DNA of 64,000 bases from Actinomycetota bacterium. Its GTDB lineage: Bacteria > Actinomycetota > JAHEXW01 > JAGVPG01. The notes under the pieces are model-generated. The model was not told the DNA's origin. It was given only the letters and a program-made list of their open reading frames with translations, and ran no database searches. Where the stretch lies: assembly GCA_020052375.1 (NCBI GenBank), contig JAGVPG010000034.1:7660-71659 (forward strand), read 5' to 3'. Made by a program: the position numbers and the translations under genes. Of the stretch, positions 17,484 to 27,001 are shown piece by piece. The number at the start of each line of letters is the position of its first letter. Within the stretch, counting starts at the first letter, position 1.

Positions 17484-17980
17484 AGTTCAAACAGTTCGCC
17501 CGCGACAACTGGCCGATTGTATTGGTGCTCATCGCGTTGCTGGTCGTGATCTCCAGAAGGTTCGACAAGGTCGGAGAGACACTTTCCATCGGTTTCAAAG
17601 CCATGTGGGATATCACAGCCATCCTTCTCCCCATCTTTCTATTCATCGGGTTCTTCTCCGCCTGGATGGACGAGAAACGCCTTGTCAGGATGTTCGGCGG
17701 AAAGGTCACTATCAGAGAGTTTTTCTACGCGTCGGTTGTCGGCACGTCCTGGGTCGGACCGCTTGCCAGCTTGATGCCGCTTTTAAAGACCATGCTCGAC
17801 AAAGGCGCAAGCACAGCGGTCGTCGCAACCATCCTGGCGACCTTTGCCATCAAAGTCCCCTTCATCCCGCTGGAGATCAAACTGCTCGGCTGGCAGTTCA
17901 CCGCCCTACATAACGGCTTGATGCTAGCCGCCGCCCCCCTCGTCGGCCTCATCATGCAACGCGTGTCAGTAAGAAAGTGA
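17480..17980 (+). CDS. Predicted permease, C-terminal half (paralogous to 16995-17483)
   Basis: GASTAVVATILATFAIKVPFIPLEIKLLG aligns with the preceding ORF. The start is called at ATG 17480 overlapping its stop (ATGA). Confidence 0.45.
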   Translation: MKFKQFARDNWPIVLVLIALLVVISRRFDKVGETLSIGFKAMWDITAILLPIFLFIGFFSAWMDEKRLVRMFGGKVTIREFFYASVVGTSWVGPLASLMPLLKTMLDKGASTAVVATILATFAIKVPFIPLEIKLLGWQFTALHNGLMLAAAPLVGLIMQRVSVRK

Positions 17981-18021
17981 GTGCCGCAACGCACATCAAT
18001 ATTTCAAAACACCTTATAAGC

Positions 18022-19236
18022 TTAAATGAGTGGATTGGTTCCTTCATTAAGTATCTCTAAGTATCGGCTATACGCATAGTACCTGTTGCGTGATTTACCG
18101 GTTATTTCCTTTAAGATACCTATCTTCTCAAGTTTAGAAATAAGTGTTGTGGCCGTCTGTTTTGTAACGTCGAGTTTATGGGCGACCTCACTCACATTTA
18201 CTATCGGTGCTGTAAACAACCAGTCAAGAAGTATGATAGCGGAAGAACTGGAGATGCCGGAGTTCACTATTTTTTGTGTATCGGCTTTTTGGAGCGAGAT
18301 TATTTGCTTCGCGGAGGATGCTGCCTGGTCTGACACTTCAAGAATACCTTTCAGGAAGAAATCGACCCACTCTTCATAAGCGTCTTTATCTCGCACCTTA
18401 GACAGTAGATCGTAGTATTCCTGGCGGTTACGTTTCAGGTAGTAACTTAAGTAAAGAAGGGGTCGGTTTAGAATATCCTGCCAGCATAGATAGAAAGTGA
18501 TCAACAGTCTCCCTATACGTCCGTTACCGTCCAGGAATGGATGGATCGTCTCAAACTGATAATGTATTAGCGCGCATTTGACCAGTGGCGGCATCTTACT
18601 ATCTGAATGGACGAACTTCTCAAAGTCACTCATCGCGTCGATAACATCTACCGGAGGTGGCGGAACGAATGTCGCGTCGGCAAGCAGAGCTCCGCTAGGC
18701 CCGATCCAATTCTGGCTTTTTCTGAATTGGCCGGGGTCTTTATCGCTGCCGCGGACACCTGCCATTAAGACACCATGTATCTCACGGATCAGTCTAAGAG
18801 AAAACGGCAGATCCTGAAGTCTTTCTAAACCATGGTTCATCGCTTTTACATAGTTTATTACCTCTGCAACGTCATCGACACCTTTTATCGGTTTAGTGAG
18901 AGCTTCAAACTCAAGTACATCTATAAGTGATGATTGTGTTCCTTCTATTTGTGAGCTTAGTACCGCTTCTTTTTTTACAAACATAGCGACAAAAAGATCT
19001 GCATTGGGAAGGATGTAGGAAATACCGTCTAGTCTTGCAAGAGCTCGATCGGCATTCGATAAAAGAACAAGCATATCCTGGTCCAGAGCGATTTGCGGTA
19101 CCGGGGGTAAAGATTTTGGTATGAATGCCGAGTATCCGGCAGATTGCTGTACATAATAGCCACTTCGTTCGCCCAAGATGCCTCCTTCTATTCTAGTTAG
19201 TAAAGTAAAATTGATGATACTTGTATTTTGAGTCAT
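18022..19236 (-). CDS. Fic family protein (adenylyltransferase/AMPylator family) with a C-terminal winged-helix domain
   Basis: The canonical Fic motif HPFLDGNGRIGRLL is present. The C-terminal ~70 aa, ...VSEVAHKLDVTKQTATTLISKLEKIGILKE, is wHTH-like. Confidence 0.85.
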   Translation of the reverse strand: MTQNTSIINFTLLTRIEGGILGERSGYYVQQSAGYSAFIPKSLPPVPQIALDQDMLVLLSNADRALARLDGISYILPNADLFVAMFVKKEAVLSSQIEGTQSSLIDVLEFEALTKPIKGVDDVAEVINYVKAMNHGLERLQDLPFSLRLIREIHGVLMAGVRGSDKDPGQFRKSQNWIGPSGALLADATFVPPPPVDVIDAMSDFEKFVHSDSKMPPLVKCALIHYQFETIHPFLDGNGRIGRLLITFYLCWQDILNRPLLYLSYYLKRNRQEYYDLLSKVRDKDAYEEWVDFFLKGILEVSDQAASSAKQIISLQKADTQKIVNSGISSSSAIILLDWLFTAPIVNVSEVAHKLDVTKQTATTLISKLEKIGILKEITGKSRNRYYAYSRYLEILNEGTNPLI

Positions 19237-19277
19237 ATAATCAAGATGTCTTTATTATAGTACCCTTAAGCAAGTGC

Positions 19278-19299
19278 TTAGTCAAGATATCTTGACTAA
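19278..19299. promoter_or_regulatory. Perfect 22-bp palindrome TTAGTCAAGATATCTTGACTAA in the Fic / 19341 divergent promoter region, a putative operator
   Basis: Read directly from the sequence. The same TCAAGA-NN-TCTTGA core occurs twice upstream of the DUF169 gene (20907-20926 and 20947-20966). Confidence 0.5.
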
Positions 19300-19340
19300 T
19301 ATATATTGCAACTATTTAAGTACTAGCTTAATGTGGAACC

Positions 19341-19715
19341 ATGAAAAGTATCTTTTTTTACATGGCTGGGGCTTTGACGATGATCTGGGGCATAGCGCAC
19401 TTGTTCCCGACCAGGAATGTGGTCAGGGATTTCGGGGAAATCAGTCAGGATAACAAACACATAATCACCATGGAATGGATCATCGAAGGTGTCATACTGA
19501 TCTTCTTGGGCGTGCTATTGATCCTGGTGACATCGATCAGTCCGATGGCTGCGGTTTCTACCGCTGTTTACTGGTCCGTCTTCGTTATGCTGAACGTTCT
19601 TTCAATAGTATCGATATTTACCGGTTTCAAAGTGAACTTCCTTCCGTTCAAACTCTGTCCGGTCATATTCACGATCTCCGCAGCACTGATCCTCATCGGC
19701 ATCATAATTAAATGA
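19341..19715 (+). CDS. Small four-TM membrane protein, function unknown
   Basis: A 124-aa hydrophobic ORF divergent from Fic. It ends in a family B hairpin. Confidence 0.4.
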   Translation: MKSIFFYMAGALTMIWGIAHLFPTRNVVRDFGEISQDNKHIITMEWIIEGVILIFLGVLLILVTSISPMAAVSTAVYWSVFVMLNVLSIVSIFTGFKVNFLPFKLCPVIFTISAALILIGIIIK

Positions 19716-19763
19716 TCTTGTAGCAGCCGACCTTCAGGTCGGTCACATCTTGCCTCATATCTG

Positions 19764-20621
19764 CTAAGGAGTTGTATCTTCTATAATTACCGGTTGTGGA
19801 GGCGGGCTGGAAGGCATGGGCGGGTAGCGAGTTCTGGACGGGACTGTACCCGAGTAACCGCTGTTAGAACTAGAAGTACTCGATGACCCACTGCTAGAAC
19901 TGGTGATTACTAATGATTCGGTTGTGAAACTATTTACGCCGTCTGTCCAGCTGCCATCATCTGCCAAAGCTGTCCAGGTTATAGTGTAATCAGTTCCATA
20001 GCTAAGTTGCCCGAATGTGAAAGTGACTTGCTTTTTATCCGGACTCCACTGCGGTGCGCCAAGCGGAACCGGACTCATCATGATCATGTCTTTGAGTGGC
20101 TTATCAGAGGTATAAGTGATCTTGCCGACATCTATGCTAATCCCTTGAGAGCCATTCGGGATATCGGTCGTTATTTGGGGTGAAGTAGGTGTCCTGAACT
20201 CCACAATGAATGGTTTTTTCTCCAGCAAAGAATCGGGACATTCTCCAAGAAGTCCGCTATAGTCTTCTAGTTTAACCCTCATCGTCCGGCCTTGTGGCCA
20301 GTAGTTAAGGCGAGAAATATAGATAGTCCTTTTGTTTACTGACAAGCTGTATTTAAACGGTATTTCTATTTCCGCGTTCTTCTCATCGACGTAGCATGCT
20401 TTTAGGATCAGTTTATCCGGATCGAGGCAACAAGAGGTTTCGATCTCGACAGTAGTTGTGGCTTTTACGACCTTATTTTTTTCCGGCTGGAATTTAACAA
20501 CATACGCTAGCGCTGGTAGCGAGGTAGCTTGATTGTTGTTCAGCGCAATAAAAGTAATTATTACTGCCGGTAGTGCAATCACTAAAGCTACCGGCCAGAT
20601 CAATTTCGGATTATTAAACAT
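19764..20621 (-). CDS. Membrane-anchored secreted protein with a Ser/Pro-rich C-terminal tail, function unknown
   Basis: An N-terminal TM or signal (LIWPVALVIALPAVIITFIAL) and a C-terminal SSSGSSSTSSSNSGYSG...PPMPSSPPPQP low-complexity tail. Confidence 0.4.
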   Translation of the reverse strand: MFNNPKLIWPVALVIALPAVIITFIALNNNQATSLPALAYVVKFQPEKNKVVKATTTVEIETSCCLDPDKLILKACYVDEKNAEIEIPFKYSLSVNKRTIYISRLNYWPQGRTMRVKLEDYSGLLGECPDSLLEKKPFIVEFRTPTSPQITTDIPNGSQGISIDVGKITYTSDKPLKDMIMMSPVPLGAPQWSPDKKQVTFTFGQLSYGTDYTITWTALADDGSWTDGVNSFTTESLVITSSSSGSSSTSSSNSGYSGTVPSRTRYPPMPSSPPPQPVIIEDTTP

Positions 20622-20906
20622 TCAACCACCATCCGCTCATTATTTGTTATATCTTATGAAAACCACAAATATATGTCAACGCTCTATCGTAGAATCAGGA
20701 TTAATCCAGGTTAGCGAGTGTGGAATGTTCCCCGAATTGCAGTTTGCGAATCGCCAATTATTTTCTAATTGCCGACCTTCAGGTCGGCTGATCTCTGTAT
20801 GTAAAAAGACCAAATAAGTATTTTTTAAGTCATGAAATATGAGTTTGACCTATTTCAACTTAAACCTAAAACTTGAAATAAGAAACCGAAGTACTTACTA
20901 CCGCTA

Positions 20907-20966
20907 TATTCAAGACATCTTGAATACAAATGTGATTAGGCTTCCTTATTCAAGACATCTTGAATA
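20907..20966. promoter_or_regulatory. Two copies of the 20-bp inverted repeat TATTCAAGACATCTTGAATA, spaced 40 bp apart, upstream of the DUF169 gene
   Basis: Copies at 20907-20926 and 20947-20966. The arms TATTCAAGA/TCTTGAATA are perfect complements. Confidence 0.5.
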
Positions 20967-21010
20967 AGCCACCTGCTCCACTCTACTGCGCTCTATGCTA
21001 GACTTTTCCC

Positions 21011-21751
21011 ATGAAGAGCAATCTCGCACGTATGATTAAACTCAAGACATCGCCAGTCGTTGTTCTTTGGACCGATGAGAAACCGGCTGACGCGATCCAG
21101 TGCAAGGAAGGGAAATGGGCTTGCGTCATATCGTTCCTCGTCCAAGCCGCCAAGGGAAAAACGGTCGTATTCGATGAGAGGACGGTCACCTGCCGAGGAG
21201 GCAAGACTGGCTTAGGATTCGGCCGCTACGAGCCCGGCTCGATAGAATATTTCCTCTCAACAGGGGAAAAGGGCGAGGAAGGCGAGCGCTACTGGAAAAC
21301 TCCTGAACTCGCTAGGTCCTTCATCGAAAGCCTGCCCGAATTGAAAGTGCCCACAAAATACGTCGTCTTGAAACCTCTCGAGCAGCTTGAAGAAGGCGAG
21401 ACACCCAAAGCGGTCGTTTTCCTTGTAAACCCGGACCAGCTATCGGCTCTCATCACGCTATCCAACTACGACCGGCCTACAGGCGACAATGTGGTCCACT
21501 ACGCCGGCGCCGGCTGCCACAGCACGGTCCTGTTCCCGATCCTCGAAGCAGATTCCAATCAACCAAAAGCAATAATCGGCCTGACCGATATCTCCGCCCG
21601 CAAAGTCATCGACAAAGACATCCTCTCCTTCAGCGTCCCCTACAAACGCTTCCTCGAACTGGAATCAAACGCAGAAGACAGCTTCCTGAGGACAGATGAA
21701 TGGAAAAGCATAGCTAGGCGGTCTTCCTCCCCCTTGAAGGGGGAGGAATAA
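21011..21751 (+). CDS. DUF169-family protein (uncharacterised, COG2043-like)
   Basis: WTDEKPADAIQCKEGKWACVISFLVQAAKGKTVVFDERTVTCRGGKTGLGFG is a Cys pattern and GLGFG motif recalled from DUF169 proteins. The C-terminus reads into a family A repeat. Confidence 0.55.
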   Translation: MKSNLARMIKLKTSPVVVLWTDEKPADAIQCKEGKWACVISFLVQAAKGKTVVFDERTVTCRGGKTGLGFGRYEPGSIEYFLSTGEKGEEGERYWKTPELARSFIESLPELKVPTKYVVLKPLEQLEEGETPKAVVFLVNPDQLSALITLSNYDRPTGDNVVHYAGAGCHSTVLFPILEADSNQPKAIIGLTDISARKVIDKDILSFSVPYKRFLELESNAEDSFLRTDEWKSIARRSSSPLKGEE

Positions 21752-21779
21752 AGGTGGGGGTGGGTTTTCTTTCCGTTTC

Positions 21780-24209
21780 CTAACTCTTGTCTTTTATCTT
21801 AGAGAGGAACCTGTCAAATATTTTCTCAGACATCTGAAACCAGCTTCCGACTAATATCAGGTAGAAACCGGCGAAGCCGACGAATGGCGCAAGACGGAAC
21901 TGAACAGAAGAAACGTTGGTCAAATAGGCGATGGTAAGAAGTATTGCCGGCCCGACGATGACGCCGAACTGGTCAGCCCTTTCAGCCCACTTAGGATCTT
22001 TGACTGTGATCTTCGCTCTTCCTTTTCTGATCAATGATATGAACGGCAGAGCGGTCAGAAAGCCGCCTACAGTTATCGCGTAGAAGATCCACCAATTTTC
22101 GAATGGGAAGGGCCTGGGTTCGCTCATTCCCAGATGAACAAGCTCGGCGCCGTAGACGCCGATTATCAAGGCCTCCAGGAACTCCAAAGTAAACTGGGCC
22201 GAGCGCGAGCCCTCTTGGACCAGCAAGCTTGAATACTGTTGAACATTCTGACTCACGTGCATGCCAAGCATATCAAGACGCTCGACTTTATGAAGAAGGT
22301 TCCGGTAGAGGCTTTCCAGATGGAACACGTGATTGGTCTTCTCGATCAAATCGAAGAAGAGAGAACTGCCGCCCTTTCTGCTTAGCGGATCCTCGATAGT
22401 CTCCGCGAGAGCTATTTTACGATGGTCGATCCCCCTGGTGACATCGGCAAGTCCCTCGATCACTTCGGAAAACTCTTCTTCTAAGCTCTTCTCCTTGAGA
22501 ACCTCAAGCGCGGCTGAGATGCTCCTTATATCATGGGTCACTAAATGGTCTGAAGTGGCATACGCGTACCAGAGGATCCGCTGCCACTGAATGGTGTCAC
22601 TCAGTTCATCCAGATACTTATACACATTGGCCATCTCTGGTACGAGCCGCACCTCATTTGCGTTACCGGGTGCGTAGTATACACATAGCGCGCTTCTTAT
22701 GTGGACGGCCATATGGACGAGATCGGAATAAAAAACATTCTCGAGAGACCTGATAGCGGGCTCCCAGTCCGATCTGATTACTACCCATTTTGATTTCATG
22801 AGGACTCTGACAAGATCTTTCTTGTATCTCGCAAACGTGTTACTGAAGTGCTCAACGACTTGGTCTGGTGTTGAGGCCGAGTTCTTGAAGGGACTCGGAG
22901 CGCTTAATAATGTTGATACATAGGGGTGCTCCTCAATGCTTGGAGATAAGGATGGAAAGGTCAGGTTTGGTATTGTGCTCATCAGTTGTTCTTTAAGGAT
23001 GATCTCGCTGCGCTCCGGGCGTTTCCTTCGCTCGGGCCGGTTGACAAACCGGACTATGTCTTCATCCTGCAGCAATGCTTGACTTAGTTCCGCCAAAAAG
23101 ACGTCCCGGGTGATGTGCTGGAAATACTCAAACATGGAAGACGCTGAATCCCTCGATTCTTTCCAGAGAAGGCGCGGCATATGTTCGCGAGAGAAGCCAC
23201 GATCAAGGTTCTCGATGTCTACGATGTCGTCGACCGTTAGCTCTCCATTTATTAGTGTTACCTGGTCAACAGCGGTACGTAGACGGTTCCGGATGAGATC
23301 TTTTGTTTCAAGAGATGCGGGGTATTTCTCAAGCAAGGTATCGATGCCAACCATCGATCGCTTCTTTACCGCATCCAAAATCGCCTCTCGTAGCTCTTGG
23401 GCTAGTTTTGTTGTCTTATCGGCAGGAGACGGGATTGCCGCGCTCTTGAGTTCCATGGTTGTGAATATGATCTCGTCGACGAGCTCCTTTAGGCCCTGCT
23501 CATTGGCTAGACGAACTCCCAGTCGTACACAACCGAAGCCCGTAGCCAGTAGTCGAATAGTCGACGCAATACGGATTCCGGGTACGTCTCTAAACTCTGA
23601 ACTGGAAGGGAGCTTTGCACTTATATCGGGGAGTATACTTGGATTCTCTATGGCCAGGCTCGCAGCTTTAAATCTGGTCTCGATGTAAGGCTGTTTGCGC
23701 TCCAGATAACCGCGGGTGCCCTTGCTATGGCCGGAGTGATATTTGGCTTGTGTGAGAAGAGGGACCCGACTTTCGTTTATCTTTTTCGACACGAACTTCA
23801 TCATGTTCTCGGGAGCTTTGGCTTCGTGTTCCCGGATCAGTTCCGATAATTCGAGATAGAGAAGATCCTGTCCGACTTCGCGAAACTCATCAGAAGTGGC
23901 CGGTAGCTCTCTGACCAGCGCCCTGACCTCGCCTGCGAGACTCTGATTTGATCTGCGCCGATTCGGATTGCGACTAGTACCACTAATACACCGGTCCAGT
24001 ATCTCCTTTGCTTTTCTTACAGGAGGCGCTTCTGTACCGAAGGCGGATTCCAAGCGGTCTTGTGCGGCCAGGAGGGACGATTGCAGATCGTATTCTTGTT
24101 CGTTTAGGAAGCCGGTTATGCCGTGGCGAAACGTCTCCCATCGGTCGACTCTGAAAGGATAGAGGAACTGGATAGTCGCCTTGTTAGTGTAAAACTGCTC
24201 GTGCTGCAT
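21780..24209 (-). CDS. Large hypothetical protein (809 aa): a soluble alpha-rich N-terminal ~650 aa plus three C-terminal TM helices
   Basis: A long clean ORF with no motif I can assign. The C-terminus FPFENWWIFYAITVGGFLTALPFISLI...IVGPAILLTIAYL...FVGFAGFYLILVGSWF is hydrophobic. Confidence 0.5.
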   Translation of the reverse strand: MQHEQFYTNKATIQFLYPFRVDRWETFRHGITGFLNEQEYDLQSSLLAAQDRLESAFGTEAPPVRKAKEILDRCISGTSRNPNRRRSNQSLAGEVRALVRELPATSDEFREVGQDLLYLELSELIREHEAKAPENMMKFVSKKINESRVPLLTQAKYHSGHSKGTRGYLERKQPYIETRFKAASLAIENPSILPDISAKLPSSSEFRDVPGIRIASTIRLLATGFGCVRLGVRLANEQGLKELVDEIIFTTMELKSAAIPSPADKTTKLAQELREAILDAVKKRSMVGIDTLLEKYPASLETKDLIRNRLRTAVDQVTLINGELTVDDIVDIENLDRGFSREHMPRLLWKESRDSASSMFEYFQHITRDVFLAELSQALLQDEDIVRFVNRPERRKRPERSEIILKEQLMSTIPNLTFPSLSPSIEEHPYVSTLLSAPSPFKNSASTPDQVVEHFSNTFARYKKDLVRVLMKSKWVVIRSDWEPAIRSLENVFYSDLVHMAVHIRSALCVYYAPGNANEVRLVPEMANVYKYLDELSDTIQWQRILWYAYATSDHLVTHDIRSISAALEVLKEKSLEEEFSEVIEGLADVTRGIDHRKIALAETIEDPLSRKGGSSLFFDLIEKTNHVFHLESLYRNLLHKVERLDMLGMHVSQNVQQYSSLLVQEGSRSAQFTLEFLEALIIGVYGAELVHLGMSEPRPFPFENWWIFYAITVGGFLTALPFISLIRKGRAKITVKDPKWAERADQFGVIVGPAILLTIAYLTNVSSVQFRLAPFVGFAGFYLILVGSWFQMSEKIFDRFLSKIKDKS

Positions 24210-24287
24210 AATAGTCGTCCCGCCGAAATCATCTGCCTGAAAGTCAACCTAATATATTACTTTTGCACATGTGACGTCAATACGTGA

Positions 24288-24403
24288 TGTAGCAGCCGAC
24301 CTTCAGGTCGGCTCCCTAAAAGTGATGACTTTCAATAATATTCCCTCCCCCTTTAAGCCTGCCTGCCGGCAGGCAGGGGGGAGAATCAAAGAGGGGGTAG
24401 CAA
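24288..24403. repeat. Composite repeat unit: family B hairpin TGTAGCAGCCGACCTTCAGGTCGGC + CTCCCTAAAAGTGATGACTTTCAATAATATT + family A C/G palindrome
   Basis: Near-identical composite units occur at 26548-26640 and 26998-27089. Confidence 0.8.
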
Positions 24404-24456
24404 ACGCCAATAAGCATCTGCTGTGATATAATAAATGCAGATAAAAGAGGTATAAG

Positions 24457-24666
24457 ATGATAAAAAACACTAGTGTTTGGAACGATATTGAACGCGAACA
24501 GATGAGAATGAGAACCGTGGACTACGCCTCAAACCTAAGGATCTTCGAATCCTTATGGAAAGAAGCAATAGCACTCCGCGCCCTTCCGCTTTCCGACCCC
24601 CTAGCCGGGATAGAAACAGATATCCAAATGGCCAAGATCCTCAACTCATGTTCCAAGACATCCTAG
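24457..24666 (+). CDS. Small hypothetical protein (69 aa) overlapping the start of the downstream nucleotidyltransferase-fold gene
   Basis: An ORF with a 19-nt overlap onto the 24648 start. No recognisable motif. Confidence 0.3.
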   Translation: MIKNTSVWNDIEREQMRMRTVDYASNLRIFESLWKEAIALRALPLSDPLAGIETDIQMAKILNSCSKTS

Positions 24667-25202
24667 CTCGTCTTGCCGGCATTCTTAAAAAAGCAGATAT
24701 TCCCTATATCGTTATTGGAGGCCAGGCGGTATTACTGTATGGTGAACCGAGGCTGACTGCCGACATAGATATAACGGTAGGACTCGGGATCGATGAGTTA
24801 TCGCGCTTGCTGACTGCAGGGGAGGAAAGCGGTTTGGTTCCGCTAGTTTCCGATATTGAGGCGTTTACCAAAGAAACCATGGTCGTTCCGTTAAAAGACA
24901 AAACGACCGACATCCGGATCGACTTCGTGTTGTCATTCACTACATACGAGGCCGCTGCTATAAAGAGGGCTCGAAAAGTAAAGATAGGTGGCATGGAGGT
25001 CAACTTTGCTTCACCCGAAGATGTTGTAATTCATAAGATATTCGCAGGACGTCCGAGAGACATAGAAGACTTACGCGGGATCTTGCTTAAACAAAAAGAT
25101 ATAGATGTCGGCTACATTGAGACTTCGCTCAAGGAGTTCGATCTCACATTCCCCGATAAGAGATTCTCGAAGACATTCAAAGATCTCATCAGCGAGCTAT
25201 AG
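24648..25202 (+). CDS. Nucleotidyltransferase-fold protein (minimal NTase-like; possible toxin/antitoxin-type component)
   Basis: IVIGGQAVLLYGEPRLTADIDITV fits the G[GS]-x9-13-D-x-[DE] pol-beta NTase motif. The start is called at ATG 24648; the track ORF begins at 24555 with a low-complexity leader. Confidence 0.5.
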   Translation: MFQDILARLAGILKKADIPYIVIGGQAVLLYGEPRLTADIDITVGLGIDELSRLLTAGEESGLVPLVSDIEAFTKETMVVPLKDKTTDIRIDFVLSFTTYEAAAIKRARKVKIGGMEVNFASPEDVVIHKIFAGRPRDIEDLRGILLKQKDIDVGYIETSLKEFDLTFPDKRFSKTFKDLISEL

Positions 25203-25403
25203 AAACAGGTCATTCAGGGGCACCGAAGAATCCACCAAGAAGAGAGTGCTCCATCGCACAATATATTAGTTTTCCTCCCCCTTCAAGGGGGAGAATCAAA
25301 GAGGGGGTGGCTCTCCTCACTTTGTAACCATATCTTAACGATACTGTAACCTTGCCTTAACGGTACTGGTCGATGATGTTATCGTTAAGAAAAGGAGGAC
25401 GAT

Positions 25404-26552
25404 ATGAATATGCGTATTCATAAAACCCACGGCATTCTGCTCGGATGTGTATTCATCTTCTCGGTGCTGATCGGTTCCGGTTGCAGGTCGGACGTATCAA
25501 ATACAAGTCAGAATAAAGTGTCCACGAAATCAGAAACGGCTAATCCTAAAGATTTAAAACTTCAGAAGAAAGTGACGTTTAAGAACGGCGCCAGGCCGGA
25601 AGTCGCGGCGACGGGAGACAGGGTCTTTGTGGTATATCTGGACCCGTCCACACCGGATAGAACGTTCAATGTGAAGATCTACAACAAAGACATGACGCAG
25701 GAACGCACCACGAAAGTCATCGTTCCGACCGATCAGGAATATGGCAGCCCCACGGATATCCGGATCGTGAAAGACGGAAAATACCTTTTCACGTTCTACG
25801 AGACCGTGAAAGGTATGACGACCTTTTTGTTCGGGGCCAAATACTCGCTGGACGATGGTTTCGCCAGAGTCGCGTATACGGGACCGATTGCGCAAAGCAT
25901 GATGTTCAAGGTCACCAAGGCAGGGGATGAGAAACTGGATGACCCGGCGCCGATGGTCACGGGAGATCACGTATATGTGATGACACGATATAAAACATCA
26001 CTGGCCAAAGAAGGGGAAACAAAATATAAGATCCGCCAGTTCGATAAAGAACTGCAACCGGTTTCGGAGTTCGAACTGGACCTATCCGACTATATGGATG
26101 GTGAAGTAAGGCAGTCCAGCCTCATATACGTAAACGGCTACTTCTACATAGTTGGCCCGACTACCACGACTGGTACCGGCAATATCGTCGAGACCGTCGA
26201 ATGGACCGCCCCTTCGGATATCATGCTGATCAAACTGGACAAAGACTGGAAAGTCCGGGAAACAAAAGTCGTCGCCAACGAGGACGGATACACGGAAGGA
26301 TACGTCACAGGGCTTGTCCGGGACGGCAAGTATTTCTACATGACATATAACCGCGTCATCCTAGGGCAGGAATTCTCATCGATGATCAGGATCTTTGATA
26401 AGGACTGGAACCTGGTCAAACAAGAAAAAGTTGAAACCGGAGCCGGCGACCTAAGACCTTCCATCTTCGTGACTGATGACAAGCTCTACACCGGCAACGC
26501 CAACAAACAGTCATTAACCGCCGAGATCCTTGTTTATTATAAGGGTTTGTAG
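25404..26552 (+). CDS. Lipoprotein, function unknown (382 aa)
   Basis: A signal peptide with lipobox LIGSGC is present. The TAG stop lies inside the family B repeat (GTTTGTAGCAGCCGACC). Confidence 0.5.
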   Translation: MNMRIHKTHGILLGCVFIFSVLIGSGCRSDVSNTSQNKVSTKSETANPKDLKLQKKVTFKNGARPEVAATGDRVFVVYLDPSTPDRTFNVKIYNKDMTQERTTKVIVPTDQEYGSPTDIRIVKDGKYLFTFYETVKGMTTFLFGAKYSLDDGFARVAYTGPIAQSMMFKVTKAGDEKLDDPAPMVTGDHVYVMTRYKTSLAKEGETKYKIRQFDKELQPVSEFELDLSDYMDGEVRQSSLIYVNGYFYIVGPTTTTGTGNIVETVEWTAPSDIMLIKLDKDWKVRETKVVANEDGYTEGYVTGLVRDGKYFYMTYNRVILGQEFSSMIRIFDKDWNLVKQEKVETGAGDLRPSIFVTDDKLYTGNANKQSLTAEILVYYKGL

Positions 26553-26852
26553 CAGCCGACCTTCAGGTCGGCTCCCTAAAAGTGATGACTTTCAATAATA
26601 TTTTCTCCCCCTTCAAGGGGGAGAATCAAAGAGGGGGTGGCAAACACCGCAAACGTGCAGCTCAAAGGTGTCATCCTGAGGAAGGTCGCCGAAGGCGACC
26701 GACGAAGGACCTAAGAGAAAGCTTACGTGTCCGAATCAACCCAAGTTAAAGAGAATGTAGCGTTCCTTCGAATTACGGCTTGCCAAGTGCTTTCTTATAG
26801 CTGACTTGCTAAGTGTTACAAAACTGACATTTCTAGACCTGACCCCAAAATC

Positions 26853-27001
26853 ACTGGAACCTGATCAAACAAGAAAAAGCAGAAACCGGAGCCGGCGACC
26901 TAAGACCCTCTATTTTCGTAACAGACGACAAGCTCTACGCCGGCAACGCCAACAAACAGTCATTAACCGCCGAGATCCTCGTATATAACAAGATTTTGTA
27001 G
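26853..27001 (+). pseudogene. Diverged duplicate of the last ~50 codons of the 25404-26552 lipoprotein gene (gene fragment)
   Basis: Translation HWNLIKQEKAETGAGDLRPSIFVTDDKLYAGNANKQSLTAEILVYNKIL* matches DWNLVKQEKVETGAGDLRPSIFVTDDKLYTGNANKQSLTAEILVYYKGL*. The same composite repeat follows it. Confidence 0.6.
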
